A stretch of 61,297 bases of DNA from Bacillota bacterium (GTDB lineage: Bacteria > Bacillota > Clostridia > Saccharofermentanales > Fastidiosipilaceae). The position numbers were made by a program, and so were the translations under genes. The stretch lies in the NCBI GenBank assembly GCA_023388205.1, contig JAEWGS010000027.1:1-61297 (forward strand), written 5' to 3'. Shown in pieces: positions 27,469 to 36,383 of this stretch (its first letter is position 1; each line of letters begins with the position of its first letter). A model generated the notes under the pieces. That model was not told the origin of the DNA. It saw only the letters and a program-made list of their open reading frames with translations, and made no database searches.

Positions 27469-27576
27469 GTCCATTTACCTCCTCTCGGACTAACGACCCT
27501 CTCGGGCGAGGATATTTCCTTGCGTGCAAAAAGCACGTCCGTGTAGTTTAACACAAGATTTTATTTTGTGTCGCCT

Positions 27577-28353
27577 TCAATCTTTTTCAGAACGGCGTTT
27601 TTCAATCAAACGCTTCGCCGCCTCCCGTGCTTTGGCTTCCGCATCCGTCAAAATATAAGGCAGCTTAATTTCTTCTTGGTAGCGAAGGCACAGGGCTTTT
27701 TCGAGCAACCAATCACTCATCGCAGGATTGCGCGGCAAAAAACTCCCATGCGCATAAGTGCCCACGAAATGTTTGTAGACACAGCCTTCTGTTTGATCCT
27801 CGCTGTTATTCCCATACCCAAAAAGCACCTTGCCCAAAGCTTTCGCGTTTCCTCTCAAAAAGCTCTGACCACTATGGTTCTCAAAACCAAAGAGCAAATC
27901 CGCGTCTTCACCGCGTTCGCGCAAGAAGTCTGCTTGATACATCGTATCGCCAATCAGGCGCTGGTCCTTGCCGATCGTCTCAACTTCAATAATACCCAGC
28001 CCCTGAATTTCCGTACCTTCTTTGGTCAAAAAGCGTTGCCCCATCAGCTGATATCCGCCACAGATACCGAGCATCGGAACGCCTAATTCAATCGCCAAAG
28101 CGAGCGCAGCGCCCTTTTGATGCCAATCGCTCAACAAAACAGCCTGCTCACGGTCCTGACCGCCCCCCATAAAGAAGAGGTCGTAGGCTTTGGGGTCAAG
28201 TGCATCTCCGATCGAAAGTGGCAAATACTCCAAGTGGATGCCGTGCAACTCGGCTCGCCGGTGCAAAGCCAATACATTCCCGAAATCGCCATATAAGTTC
28301 ATGTAATCCGGATAGAGATGACAAAGGCGCAAACTTCTCTTGTATTTATGCAT
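27577..28353 (-). CDS. gatD: Lipid II isoglutaminyl synthase, glutaminase subunit GatD (CobQ-type GATase)
   Basis: LYPDYMNLYGDFGNV resembles the S. aureus GatD N-terminus, with catalytic Cys in GICGGYQLMG and His in YAHGSFLPRNP. The ATG at 28353 lies 8 nt after GGGAGG. The start region lies inside the 3' end of murT (ATG at 28353 versus murT end at 28346, an 8-bp overlap; 17 bp from the ORF-track GTG at 28362). Confidence 0.85.
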   Translation of the reverse strand: MHKYKRSLRLCHLYPDYMNLYGDFGNVLALHRRAELHGIHLEYLPLSIGDALDPKAYDLFFMGGGQDREQAVLLSDWHQKGAALALAIELGVPMLGICGGYQLMGQRFLTKEGTEIQGLGIIEVETIGKDQRLIGDTMYQADFLRERGEDADLLFGFENHSGQSFLRGNAKALGKVLFGYGNNSEDQTEGCVYKHFVGTYAHGSFLPRNPAMSDWLLEKALCLRYQEEIKLPYILTDAEAKAREAAKRLIEKRRSEKD

Positions 28354-30046
28354 GCGTGCCACCTCCCTGACCCTGGTCCGCCGAGACCTCTGCGGCGGTA
28401 ACGGCTGCCGGAGTCTCCGTGTCTGCAGCGCTTGCCGAGGTCTCTGCGGCGGCCGAATCTGCCGAAGCCGCCATGCTCGCCGCGGCCACCGGCCGCTCTT
28501 TCGCCCCCACCCAATCTGAAGATAGGCCCAAGCGTTCCAACACCTGTCCTCTCAGATGCAAGAGGGCCGTATAGTTCGGCAAAATATAAAGACAAGTTCC
28601 TTCCGGAATTTCAGAAAGCAGTTCAAAGACCAACTCACAGGCTTGATCTTCCGGTAAGACGCGGTCCTTTTCGACCTCGAGGCCCCAAATCGATAAGCGC
28701 AAGGCCAAGTCCTCTGCACGTGTTCCAGCCACCGCCTTATGCGGCGTTTCAAAACAGGGATACATTTCAAAGGGCACGTCCCAAATCCACGAGATATCTC
28801 GTCCATCTTGCCAATTGTCATTCAAAAGGAACATCAAGCCACCCAGATCTTTTTGCTGTTCAAGAAAATGAAGGCTTTCGGCATATCCCGCTGGATTTTT
28901 AACCAACAAAAAGCACACAGAGCGTCCCTGCCCCAATGAGAAGCGCTCCAAGCGCCCAAAGCGCGGTTTGACACTTCGAGTTAGGTTCAGCAAATCCTGC
29001 AAAGAGGTCTGCGGGCAAAGGGATTTCGCCAAACTGAGGGCTGCCGCGAGATTATAAGCATTGAAGCGACCTTCGAGCGGACTTTGAGATGCCGCGCTCT
29101 CAAAAGGCGCCATCGCTTCCCCCTCGATCGCTTCCCCCGCAATCGCTGTATGCTCATCCTGAGGACGCGGATCGAAATGCAGCTTAAATAATCCCGTTTC
29201 GTCGAGGAAAAAAGAAAAGTTTGGCCTCACGCGTTTGAGCCCACAATGCTCACAACGATAGTCCCCCGTATGTGCGATTAAATGTCGCGCCATCTTCAGG
29301 CGAAAACCGCAATTCGGACACAAAGCCGCATCGGTCCACCTCATAATGGTGCGGCGTTCTTGCTGCGCAGTTTTTTCACTGGCGATATCGCTTTCTGTGG
29401 CATCTGACGCGGTATTCACCGAAGTCGTACACGTGTCTGCTTCGGTCTGCGCCATATCCCAGCCAAAACGCCACAGCTCAGTTCCATGATCCGCCACAGC
29501 CTCTCCCAGCTGATTCACTTTCGCATCGTCAGCCAAAAGGATTAACCTCTGGGGTTTTGCCTCTCGAATACCTTTTTCAATCATCCGATAAACAGCGTCC
29601 AACTCGCCATATCGGTCAAGTTGATCACGAAACAGATTCGTCACCAACACCTGCTCTGGTGCCAAAGCTGCCGCACATTTGCCAAAACTCGCCTCATCAA
29701 CCTCTAAAACCGCAAGGTCTCCCGCTTGGGCATGAAGGAGCGCAGTGATGAGCCCCGTCTCTAAATTGGCACCCGCCGAATTACTCAAGACCCGCAGCCC
29801 CATCTCACGTAAGAGATCCGTCACGATCATCGCGGTCGTTGTCTTCCCGTTCGTCCCTGTCACGACGATCACCCGGCAAAGCGCAGCGAGCCTTTTCAAA
29901 ATTTTAGGATCGATCCGCCGCGCGACCTCCCCCGGAAAGGTGCTCGCCTGACGTTTGAGTTTTTTGAGTAAATACAAAATGCCCCTCGCAACGTGACAGG
30001 CCAAGCGGCCTCTTAAGTTGAGTCCGTGTTCCTTGCTTTGATTCAT
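28346..30046 (-). CDS. murT: Lipid II isoglutaminyl synthase, Mur-ligase-like subunit MurT
   Basis: P-loop VTGTNGKTTT, a four-Cys ribbon CPNC...CEHC and a C-terminal DUF1727-like part. The start at M50 of the ORF (30046) gives a MurT-like distance to the P-loop. In-frame upstream starts up to 30193 cannot be excluded. The C-terminus is an Ala/Ser/Thr/Glu-rich tail. Confidence 0.85.
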   Translation of the reverse strand: MNQSKEHGLNLRGRLACHVARGILYLLKKLKRQASTFPGEVARRIDPKILKRLAALCRVIVVTGTNGKTTTAMIVTDLLREMGLRVLSNSAGANLETGLITALLHAQAGDLAVLEVDEASFGKCAAALAPEQVLVTNLFRDQLDRYGELDAVYRMIEKGIREAKPQRLILLADDAKVNQLGEAVADHGTELWRFGWDMAQTEADTCTTSVNTASDATESDIASEKTAQQERRTIMRWTDAALCPNCGFRLKMARHLIAHTGDYRCEHCGLKRVRPNFSFFLDETGLFKLHFDPRPQDEHTAIAGEAIEGEAMAPFESAASQSPLEGRFNAYNLAAALSLAKSLCPQTSLQDLLNLTRSVKPRFGRLERFSLGQGRSVCFLLVKNPAGYAESLHFLEQQKDLGGLMFLLNDNWQDGRDISWIWDVPFEMYPCFETPHKAVAGTRAEDLALRLSIWGLEVEKDRVLPEDQACELVFELLSEIPEGTCLYILPNYTALLHLRGQVLERLGLSSDWVGAKERPVAAASMAASADSAAAETSASAADTETPAAVTAAEVSADQGQGGGTHA

Positions 30047-30201
30047 GTGTTGTTCTCGTTCCGTTGATATCATCAAAATATGTTGCGCTTTACTTTCTTT
30101 TTGTTGTCCTAATATTTTTGGTTGTCCTGATGTTTTCGATCTAGATCTTGTGCGTTCCGAAGGCTTTGTCCTCAAAGAGAATTGCTTCATCAAGGCGCAT
30201 T

Positions 30202-31923
30202 CTAAAATCCGACTCTGCGGTCCAAACGCTCTTTTTCATAAAAAAAGCGACGCTTTGCCCACGAAGTCAAAAAGCCTATATGCGTCAAAATCATTCCCAA
30301 AACTAAGGTGGCTATACCGAGCGAGCGCACTTGCACTTCGATCATGAGCCGCAGCATTTCAATCGATAAAAGATCCAAATACCAATCTGCAATTTCTAAA
30401 TAAGTGATCCACTGCAAGGCGAGATAAAAGCCCAAAAGAACAAAACCGACGATCGTGATGGCTGCGCCCAAGCGCCTAATAAAAAACGAGATCCGGCGAC
30501 GCGCCAATAAGCCAATCAATAGGATCCAAAAGAAGGCTAAAGCCGTACCGATCTGTCTTCCCCAGCGCTCCGCAGGCTCCCAGAACCACCCATATTCCAA
30601 CCAAGCCAACTGAGCGGCATACCGCGTCTTCCAATTCCAGCCTATAAGATAGACTGGATTTAAGGCGTTCAAGATATTGACGTAAGCGCCCGAGTAAAGC
30701 GATTGACCCAGGCGGGATGCGACACTTTCACGTCGATCTCCCAAATACTTCCAAAGCAGAGCTTCCCCCGAATTGATCGCCGTATTCGTTCCGTTTTTGA
30801 GGTCATCTCGAAGCATCGTCATGTAGTCATAGGAAAAATCGCGAAAGCCTGCCTGCCAAAAAGCCGAGATCACCTGGTTCAAGTCAAGCTGTGAACCCAA
30901 CTGAAAATAACCGTAAAAGACCTCCGCCAAGGTATGGCGCACAATTTGCCCATTTTCGACGACACGGACCGTTGTCATACCCGGATCGATGTGATCAATC
31001 GTCTGTCTCAAGCTCGTCCCCATGTAAAATCCACGAAAAATATAAAGAACGGATAGGAATAGACAATTCAAAGCAAGCAAAATAGAAAGCACCCATAAAA
31101 TGACACGCCGCCGCTTCGAAAGCCCCGAGGCATTTTGACCTGAATCGCCCAAAGCAAAAGCGTGAGCCCGCCGCCTGCCCCTTGCGTCTAACGAAACACT
31201 CGCGTCATCAAACGCAGCGGAATGAGCCCCGTAGTCCGATCCGTAGTCCGACCCGTAGCCTGATCCGTAGCCTGCCCCGTAAACGTCACCGTATCCGCCT
31301 GCACGGTTAGGATGCAACGCGTCATCCCTTTCCATTCCAGCAGCGCCAGCGTCATGCGCCAAAGCATCGAAGCCGTTTCGACTTTGGGTCTGGTGCAGCT
31401 GTGCTTTCATCTGGCTCAAGCGCTTCGCTTCGGCGACCGCCGCCGCAGCCTGAGCCTCCGCCCGGTGTCGTCTCGTCTTTCGACGAATGTCCGCTTGAAT
31501 TTTCTCTCTTAATCGGGCCTTTTCGCGCGCCGAGTAATAGGGGTTGTCTTCGATCAACTTCAGTTGGCGTAACTCTTCGCGAAGCGGTTGATACATCTCG
31601 CCTTTCATAAGGATTTCAGCGGCATCGGTGTCTCCCATAGACGCGTCATCTGACTCATCACCAAAATCATCGAAATCATCAAAGCCCTCTTTGGCTGCCT
31701 GCCAAAAGTGCTCTTGAATATCTCGGTCGAGCTGTTCATCCTGATTTTTCTTTTCCTGATCAATCTCTCTGAGAATTGTATCTACATCGGTGTGCGCTTG
31801 AATCGGATCCGCTTGCAAAGAAGAGAGCCTGCGCACCCCCAAGGGGCTGGGCACGTCCTCCTGGGCGAGGTTTTGTCGACGCAATTCAGATATCTGATCG
31901 TTGAGACTGTCTTTCGTCGGCAT
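30202..31923 (-). CDS. Hypothetical multi-domain membrane protein (acidic coiled-coil N-domain, Gly/Tyr repeat, 4-5 TM C-domain)
   Basis: 573-aa ORF ending 9 bp before the murT ORF. It has a charged helical N-terminal ~200 aa, a GYGDVYGAGYGSGYGSDYGSDYG repeat, and TM helices (VILWVLSILLALNCLFLSVLYIF, ALAFFWILLIGLLA, AITIVGFVLLGFYLALQWI, LGIATLVLGMILTHIGF). No known domain was recognised. Confidence 0.65.
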   Translation of the reverse strand: MPTKDSLNDQISELRRQNLAQEDVPSPLGVRRLSSLQADPIQAHTDVDTILREIDQEKKNQDEQLDRDIQEHFWQAAKEGFDDFDDFGDESDDASMGDTDAAEILMKGEMYQPLREELRQLKLIEDNPYYSAREKARLREKIQADIRRKTRRHRAEAQAAAAVAEAKRLSQMKAQLHQTQSRNGFDALAHDAGAAGMERDDALHPNRAGGYGDVYGAGYGSGYGSDYGSDYGAHSAAFDDASVSLDARGRRRAHAFALGDSGQNASGLSKRRRVILWVLSILLALNCLFLSVLYIFRGFYMGTSLRQTIDHIDPGMTTVRVVENGQIVRHTLAEVFYGYFQLGSQLDLNQVISAFWQAGFRDFSYDYMTMLRDDLKNGTNTAINSGEALLWKYLGDRRESVASRLGQSLYSGAYVNILNALNPVYLIGWNWKTRYAAQLAWLEYGWFWEPAERWGRQIGTALAFFWILLIGLLARRRISFFIRRLGAAITIVGFVLLGFYLALQWITYLEIADWYLDLLSIEMLRLMIEVQVRSLGIATLVLGMILTHIGFLTSWAKRRFFYEKERLDRRVGF

Positions 31924-32128
31924 CTAAAACCTCCTCTCTTCAACCGTCAACATTCTCTTGTCTCGAGTTTTTATTTTAACCCATCGAAGCGCCCCTCACC
32001 TATGACCTTTGTTCTCTCAAAGCGCTTTTGATGAGGCCCTAGACGACAGCTTCTTTCGAAGCCTTTCGCGTCCAAGCGCTCAGCTCGCTATAATGAGCGA
32101 CATGATTCATGACATCCTAGGAGGCTTT

Positions 32129-34186
32129 ATGCATACGCAAATCTTTTTGAATCTCGCCTGCGCGACCCCGCAGCTTGAACTCGGCCGCCCCCTTCAAAAT
32201 GCCGAACGCATCCTCGAACTCGTCCAATCCGCCCACGAAGCAGGGCATGAGGTCCTTTGCCTCCCTCCCTTATCTTTAAGCGGGCTCACCTTAGGTCACT
32301 ACGCCACACACAAGGAATTTCAGCAAACGCTCCGTCAAGCCTTTTGCAAACTAATCGCGCAAAGCGAAGCCTTTCCGACCGTTTTTAATGTTGGCGCCAT
32401 CTTCGACACCCCCCTTGGCCTCTTGCCCATCGAATGCCTGATTCGCGCAGGAGATGTGATTGCCTGCGTTGTCCACCCTTTACCCAAAGGCGCGCTCGCT
32501 CGTAGCCTCGCCCCTCTGTTTGCTCACGCCATGCGACAGCTAAAAAAGATTTCTTCTTTTACGCTCCGTCTCTCTGAGGCTTTTTCTCTGAACATTCTCG
32601 ATCAATCTTTTGCACCCGCAGTTGTGCCACTCTTTCACGAAAAAGATCAACACGCTTGCGATCAAGTCATTTCACTTTGCACAGGTCTCGAAGATATAAA
32701 TCAGGAAGACGGACGTGCGCCGATTGTCCTTTGCCCGCTTTTGTCTAGCGCTTGGGCCAGTGGTGGGGATGACTTCTTGACGCGCATCTCCTTGCTCAGC
32801 GAAGACCCCCTTTGCACCATCTTGCTATCGACCCCCGGTGCCTACGAATCCATGAGTGACCACTGCTTCCGTCACGAACATTTCATCGCCTCCGCCGGTG
32901 AAAGCCTGCTCGCCTACGAACACGTGCTCGGCGAAGAGATCAAGGCGCTTGATGCCATCAGCATCTGCCCTCAACTCCTTCAAGCGCGCGCCAAACAAAA
33001 TTTCCGCGATCGGGCTGAAACGTCGATCAACACCGAAACGCTCTTGCTCTGTGAGTGCGTAGCTGAGGACGAGGCGCTTGATTCACCCATTTATCTTCAT
33101 GAAAAAAGCGAACAGGCACTTTGCCCACATCCCCTTTTCCCCTGCGGTAAAGTCAACATCGGCCTTTACGCGGAATCCGTCATCGAAAATCAAATCGCGG
33201 GCATCGCGCGTCGTTTAGAGCTCACGGGGAGCGTTCCTGTGCTGGGCCTTTCTGGCGGCATGGATTCTACGGTCGCTTTGCTCGCCTGTGCCTTAGTTCA
33301 TTTGAGATTAAAGCGCCCGCTCTCAGATATCCACGCGATCACCCTGCCGGGCTTTGGTACAGGGGATCAGACCTACCAAAACGTTTACGAGCTCATGCAC
33401 GCTTTCGGCTTACCTGAACGAGAAATCTCAATTCGCGAAGCGGTGACGCAACATCTCAAAGATATCGAACAGCCCGAAGGTCTCTTTGATATCACCTATG
33501 AAAATGCCCAGGCGAGAGAACGCACCCAAATCCTCATGGACTACGCCAATCGCGTCGGCGGCCTCGTCATTGGGACGGGGGATCTCTCGGAAATTGCTCT
33601 CGGCTGGTGTACCTATAACGGGGATCACATGTCCATGCTCGGCGTGAATGGCGCCATCGCCAAGACCCTGATGCCCCACCTTTTGATGGCCTATCAGCGT
33701 CTGTTAGAAGATGAGGCGCAGGTGAATCACGTGGCCCTAAAAAAAGCCCTTCGCGGGGTTTTGGACGCACCGATTTCCCCCGAGCTTTTGCCCCGTCATG
33801 AAGACCAAAGTCAAAATCAGCAGAGCGAAAAAACACTGGGCTCTTACGCCTTACACGATTTTTTCATCGGCCTGCTGCTACAAGGTGTGATGGATGTCGA
33901 GCTCATGCAAGCTCTGGCGCATCACACTTTTACGGGAGAAAACCTCAAACGCTATATTGAAGATAACGACGAGTTGGTCATCAAAGGTTCGGGCAATTGC
34001 TTCGTCCGCCACGAAGCCACAGAAATCGACGAGACCCTCTCTCGTTTCCTCAAGCGTTTCAAGCAAAATCAATTCAAGCGCAGCTGCACCCCCGACGGCG
34101 TTGCGGCGACGGTCTACGCTTTCGCGCCGCGGACCGGGCTTCTTCTGCCTTCTGACCTCGGCGCTTTTGACAGCTGGAGCCTATAA
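32129..34186 (+). CDS. nadE: NAD+ synthetase, long (two-domain) form
   Basis: The C-terminal synthetase domain carries the PP-loop VLGLSGGMDSTVALLA and GDLSEIALGWCTYNGDHMS. The N-terminal ~300 aa occupy the CN-hydrolase (glutaminase) position. The ATG at 32129 is preceded by AGGAGG (32119-32124); the ORF track starts at 32009. Confidence 0.85.
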   Translation: MHTQIFLNLACATPQLELGRPLQNAERILELVQSAHEAGHEVLCLPPLSLSGLTLGHYATHKEFQQTLRQAFCKLIAQSEAFPTVFNVGAIFDTPLGLLPIECLIRAGDVIACVVHPLPKGALARSLAPLFAHAMRQLKKISSFTLRLSEAFSLNILDQSFAPAVVPLFHEKDQHACDQVISLCTGLEDINQEDGRAPIVLCPLLSSAWASGGDDFLTRISLLSEDPLCTILLSTPGAYESMSDHCFRHEHFIASAGESLLAYEHVLGEEIKALDAISICPQLLQARAKQNFRDRAETSINTETLLLCECVAEDEALDSPIYLHEKSEQALCPHPLFPCGKVNIGLYAESVIENQIAGIARRLELTGSVPVLGLSGGMDSTVALLACALVHLRLKRPLSDIHAITLPGFGTGDQTYQNVYELMHAFGLPEREISIREAVTQHLKDIEQPEGLFDITYENAQARERTQILMDYANRVGGLVIGTGDLSEIALGWCTYNGDHMSMLGVNGAIAKTLMPHLLMAYQRLLEDEAQVNHVALKKALRGVLDAPISPELLPRHEDQSQNQQSEKTLGSYALHDFFIGLLLQGVMDVELMQALAHHTFTGENLKRYIEDNDELVIKGSGNCFVRHEATEIDETLSRFLKRFKQNQFKRSCTPDGVAATVYAFAPRTGLLLPSDLGAFDSWSL

Positions 34187-34257
34187 AGATCCACTTATAT
34201 CACGTGGCCAAATGGCAAGGCTTTAGCCCAAGCCAACTCTAGCGATACAAAAATCAT

Positions 34258-34300
34258 CAAAAGATCAAAGACCAGCCTTCTCGCTGGTCTTTGATCTTTT
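34258..34300. terminator. Bidirectional rho-independent terminator (nadE / ABC permease convergent pair)
   Basis: Perfect 16-bp arms AAGATCAAAGACCAGC / GCTGGTCTTTGATCTT, flanked by an A-run upstream and a T-run downstream. Confidence 0.8.
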
Positions 34301-34410
34301 CACTTAAAAATATGTCACTTCGAAATATTGGGCTCTGCGTGCCCATCCTGCCCCGCGCCGTCGCTGCTTGGGTGCCCCGTCTAAGTTCATTTACTTTTGC
34401 AAACGAAGGA

Positions 34411-35304
34411 TCACCCTTTGAGCGAGCCGATCATAACGCCTTGAACAAAGTAGCGTTGCACCATCGGGTAAATCAGCAAGACGGGAACCGAAGCGACGAC
34501 AATGACTGAATATTTGAGCAAATCTTGCATGCCCTGCTTCGCTGCCAAAGCCTCCGCAGAAGTAATCAGCGTCGGATCGATTTTATTCACGACAAGGATA
34601 TCCCTCAAAACCAATTGCAAAGGGAACAAACTGGGGTTACGAAGATAGATCAAAGCATTAAAGTAAGCGTTCCAGTGCCCGACACCGTAGTAAAGAACCA
34701 AAACCGCAATGATCGGTTTGCTTAGAGGCAATACACAAGATGTAAAGAAGTGGATCGGACTGGATCCATCAATTTCCGCCGCTTCATAGAGCTCATTGGG
34801 AATCGTGTGACTGATATAAGTTCTTGCAATCATCACGTTCCAGACCGACATCGCCGCCGGAATCAGCATCGCCCAACGGGTATTCGTCAAGCCGAGCCGA
34901 TCAACGACGATAAAAGTCGGAATCAAACCGCCACTGAAGATCATGGTGAACATCAAAATCAAAGAGACGAAGCGCCGCGCTGGAAACTGCGGACGAGAGA
35001 GCGGATAAGCACAAAGCATGGTCATCGCAATATTGATGCAGGTCCCTACGACCATGTAAAAAAACGAATTGCCAAAGCCCGTCATCAAACGATGGTAGGC
35101 GAATACGGCTTTGTAACCTTTGAGCGTAAAGCCAACCGGCCACAAAAAGACCTGTCCACGGATCACTGCCTGAGGATCACTGATCGACGCATTCAAGACA
35201 AAAACGAGCGGAAACAGCACCGCGAGGAAGAAAAGCGTCAAAAAGCCGTAGACGAAAATCATGAATGCGCGGTCGGTCCATCTTTGTTCTTTGAGTTTCA
35301 TCAT
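34411..35304 (-). CDS. Carbohydrate ABC transporter permease (LplC/YtcP-like)
   Basis: 297 aa with 6 TM helices and an EAA-type loop (ELYEAAEIDGSSPIHFF). Confidence 0.88.
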   Translation of the reverse strand: MMKLKEQRWTDRAFMIFVYGFLTLFFLAVLFPLVFVLNASISDPQAVIRGQVFLWPVGFTLKGYKAVFAYHRLMTGFGNSFFYMVVGTCINIAMTMLCAYPLSRPQFPARRFVSLILMFTMIFSGGLIPTFIVVDRLGLTNTRWAMLIPAAMSVWNVMIARTYISHTIPNELYEAAEIDGSSPIHFFTSCVLPLSKPIIAVLVLYYGVGHWNAYFNALIYLRNPSLFPLQLVLRDILVVNKIDPTLITSAEALAAKQGMQDLLKYSVIVVASVPVLLIYPMVQRYFVQGVMIGSLKG

Positions 35305-35314
35305 CTGGACCCCC

Positions 35315-36247
35315 TCACCAAATAGACGTCTCTGTCAGACGCTTTGAAATCATATTCGCGATCAAGAAGAGCACGAGACTCAGGACCGAGTTGAAGAGCC
35401 CTACAGCCGTCGAGAAACCGTAATTCCCGCCTTCTAAGCCAACGCGATAAACCAAAGTTGAAATAATATCTGACCACGGTTTATTCACTGGATTTTGCAT
35501 GAGATAAATTTTTTCGAATCCAATGTTCATGATTTGTCCGACATTGAAAATCAGCATCATCACGACTGTGGGCGCAATAGCCGGCAAGTCGACGTGCCAG
35601 ATCCTTTTGAGTCGAGAGGCACCATCGACGATCGCCGCTTCTTTTAACTCCTGACTCACACCAGACAAAGCCGCGATATAAATAATTGAACCGTAGCCGG
35701 CAGCTTGCCACACGCCACTCCAAACATAAAGATGATCAAAAATCGGACCCGATCCGAAAAAGTTGATCGGATTTTGCCCGAGTAACATCAAGATTCGATT
35801 GAACACACCATTTCTCAAATCTGTGAGTTGCATCAACATACCGACCATGACCACAGTCGAAATGAAGTATGGCGCATAAGTCACCATCTGAACGGTCTTC
35901 TTGTAGATCACCGAACGAACTTCATTCAAAAGCACCGCCAGCAAAATCGGAAAAGGGAAGCCGACCGCCAAAGAGTAAAGACCAATGCGCAAAGTATTCC
36001 AGATGACCCTTTGACTCGACGGTGTGCCCAAAAACTGTTCAAAGTATTTGAAGCCGACCGAGGGACTTCCAAAGATACCCGCCTTAGGACTGTAATTCTT
36101 AAAGGCAATCACGATGCCCAACATCGGCACATATGCAAAAATCAAAATATAAAGGAGTGGCAAGGCTAGAAGCAGCCAAAATTGCCAGGTGTTTCGCCTC
36201 AGCGAGCGGTTTCGCTTGGAGAGCAAGAGCGCGCTTGAACGCTGCAT
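35315..36247 (-). CDS. Carbohydrate ABC transporter permease (LplB/YteP-like)
   Basis: 310 aa, multi-TM, with EAA loop ELKEAAIVDGASRLKRIWHVDLP. Confidence 0.88.
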   Translation of the reverse strand: MQRSSALLLSKRNRSLRRNTWQFWLLLALPLLYILIFAYVPMLGIVIAFKNYSPKAGIFGSPSVGFKYFEQFLGTPSSQRVIWNTLRIGLYSLAVGFPFPILLAVLLNEVRSVIYKKTVQMVTYAPYFISTVVMVGMLMQLTDLRNGVFNRILMLLGQNPINFFGSGPIFDHLYVWSGVWQAAGYGSIIYIAALSGVSQELKEAAIVDGASRLKRIWHVDLPAIAPTVVMMLIFNVGQIMNIGFEKIYLMQNPVNKPWSDIISTLVYRVGLEGGNYGFSTAVGLFNSVLSLVLFLIANMISKRLTETSIW

Positions 36248-36318
36248 AGAGACCTTCTTTCTTTATGGCAAGTTCGCCTCTACCTCATGGCAAATGAAGA
36301 AGCGAGAGTCTAAACATT

Positions 36319-36350
36319 GAAAAAGGAGCGCCCCCTGCTGGCAGCGCTCC
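36319..36350 (-). terminator. Intra-operon terminator/attenuator after the binding-protein gene
   Basis: Stem GGAGCGC (36325-36331) / GCGCTCC (36344-36350). On the minus strand it is followed by TTTTT (plus-strand A-run 36320-36324). Confidence 0.6.
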
Positions 36351-36383
36351 TAGTTTTCACTGCCGGTTTACATCAAAACTGAT

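Noticed and set aside
27475-27576. Possible structured rpsF leader (S6:S18 autoregulatory element) or gatD terminator in the 102-nt gatD-rpsF gap.
   Set aside because: Small hairpins exist (for example CGTGC-TTTTT-GCACG). I cannot match them to the known leader consensus by eye, and no stem plus U-tract terminator is evident. This needs a covariance-model scan.
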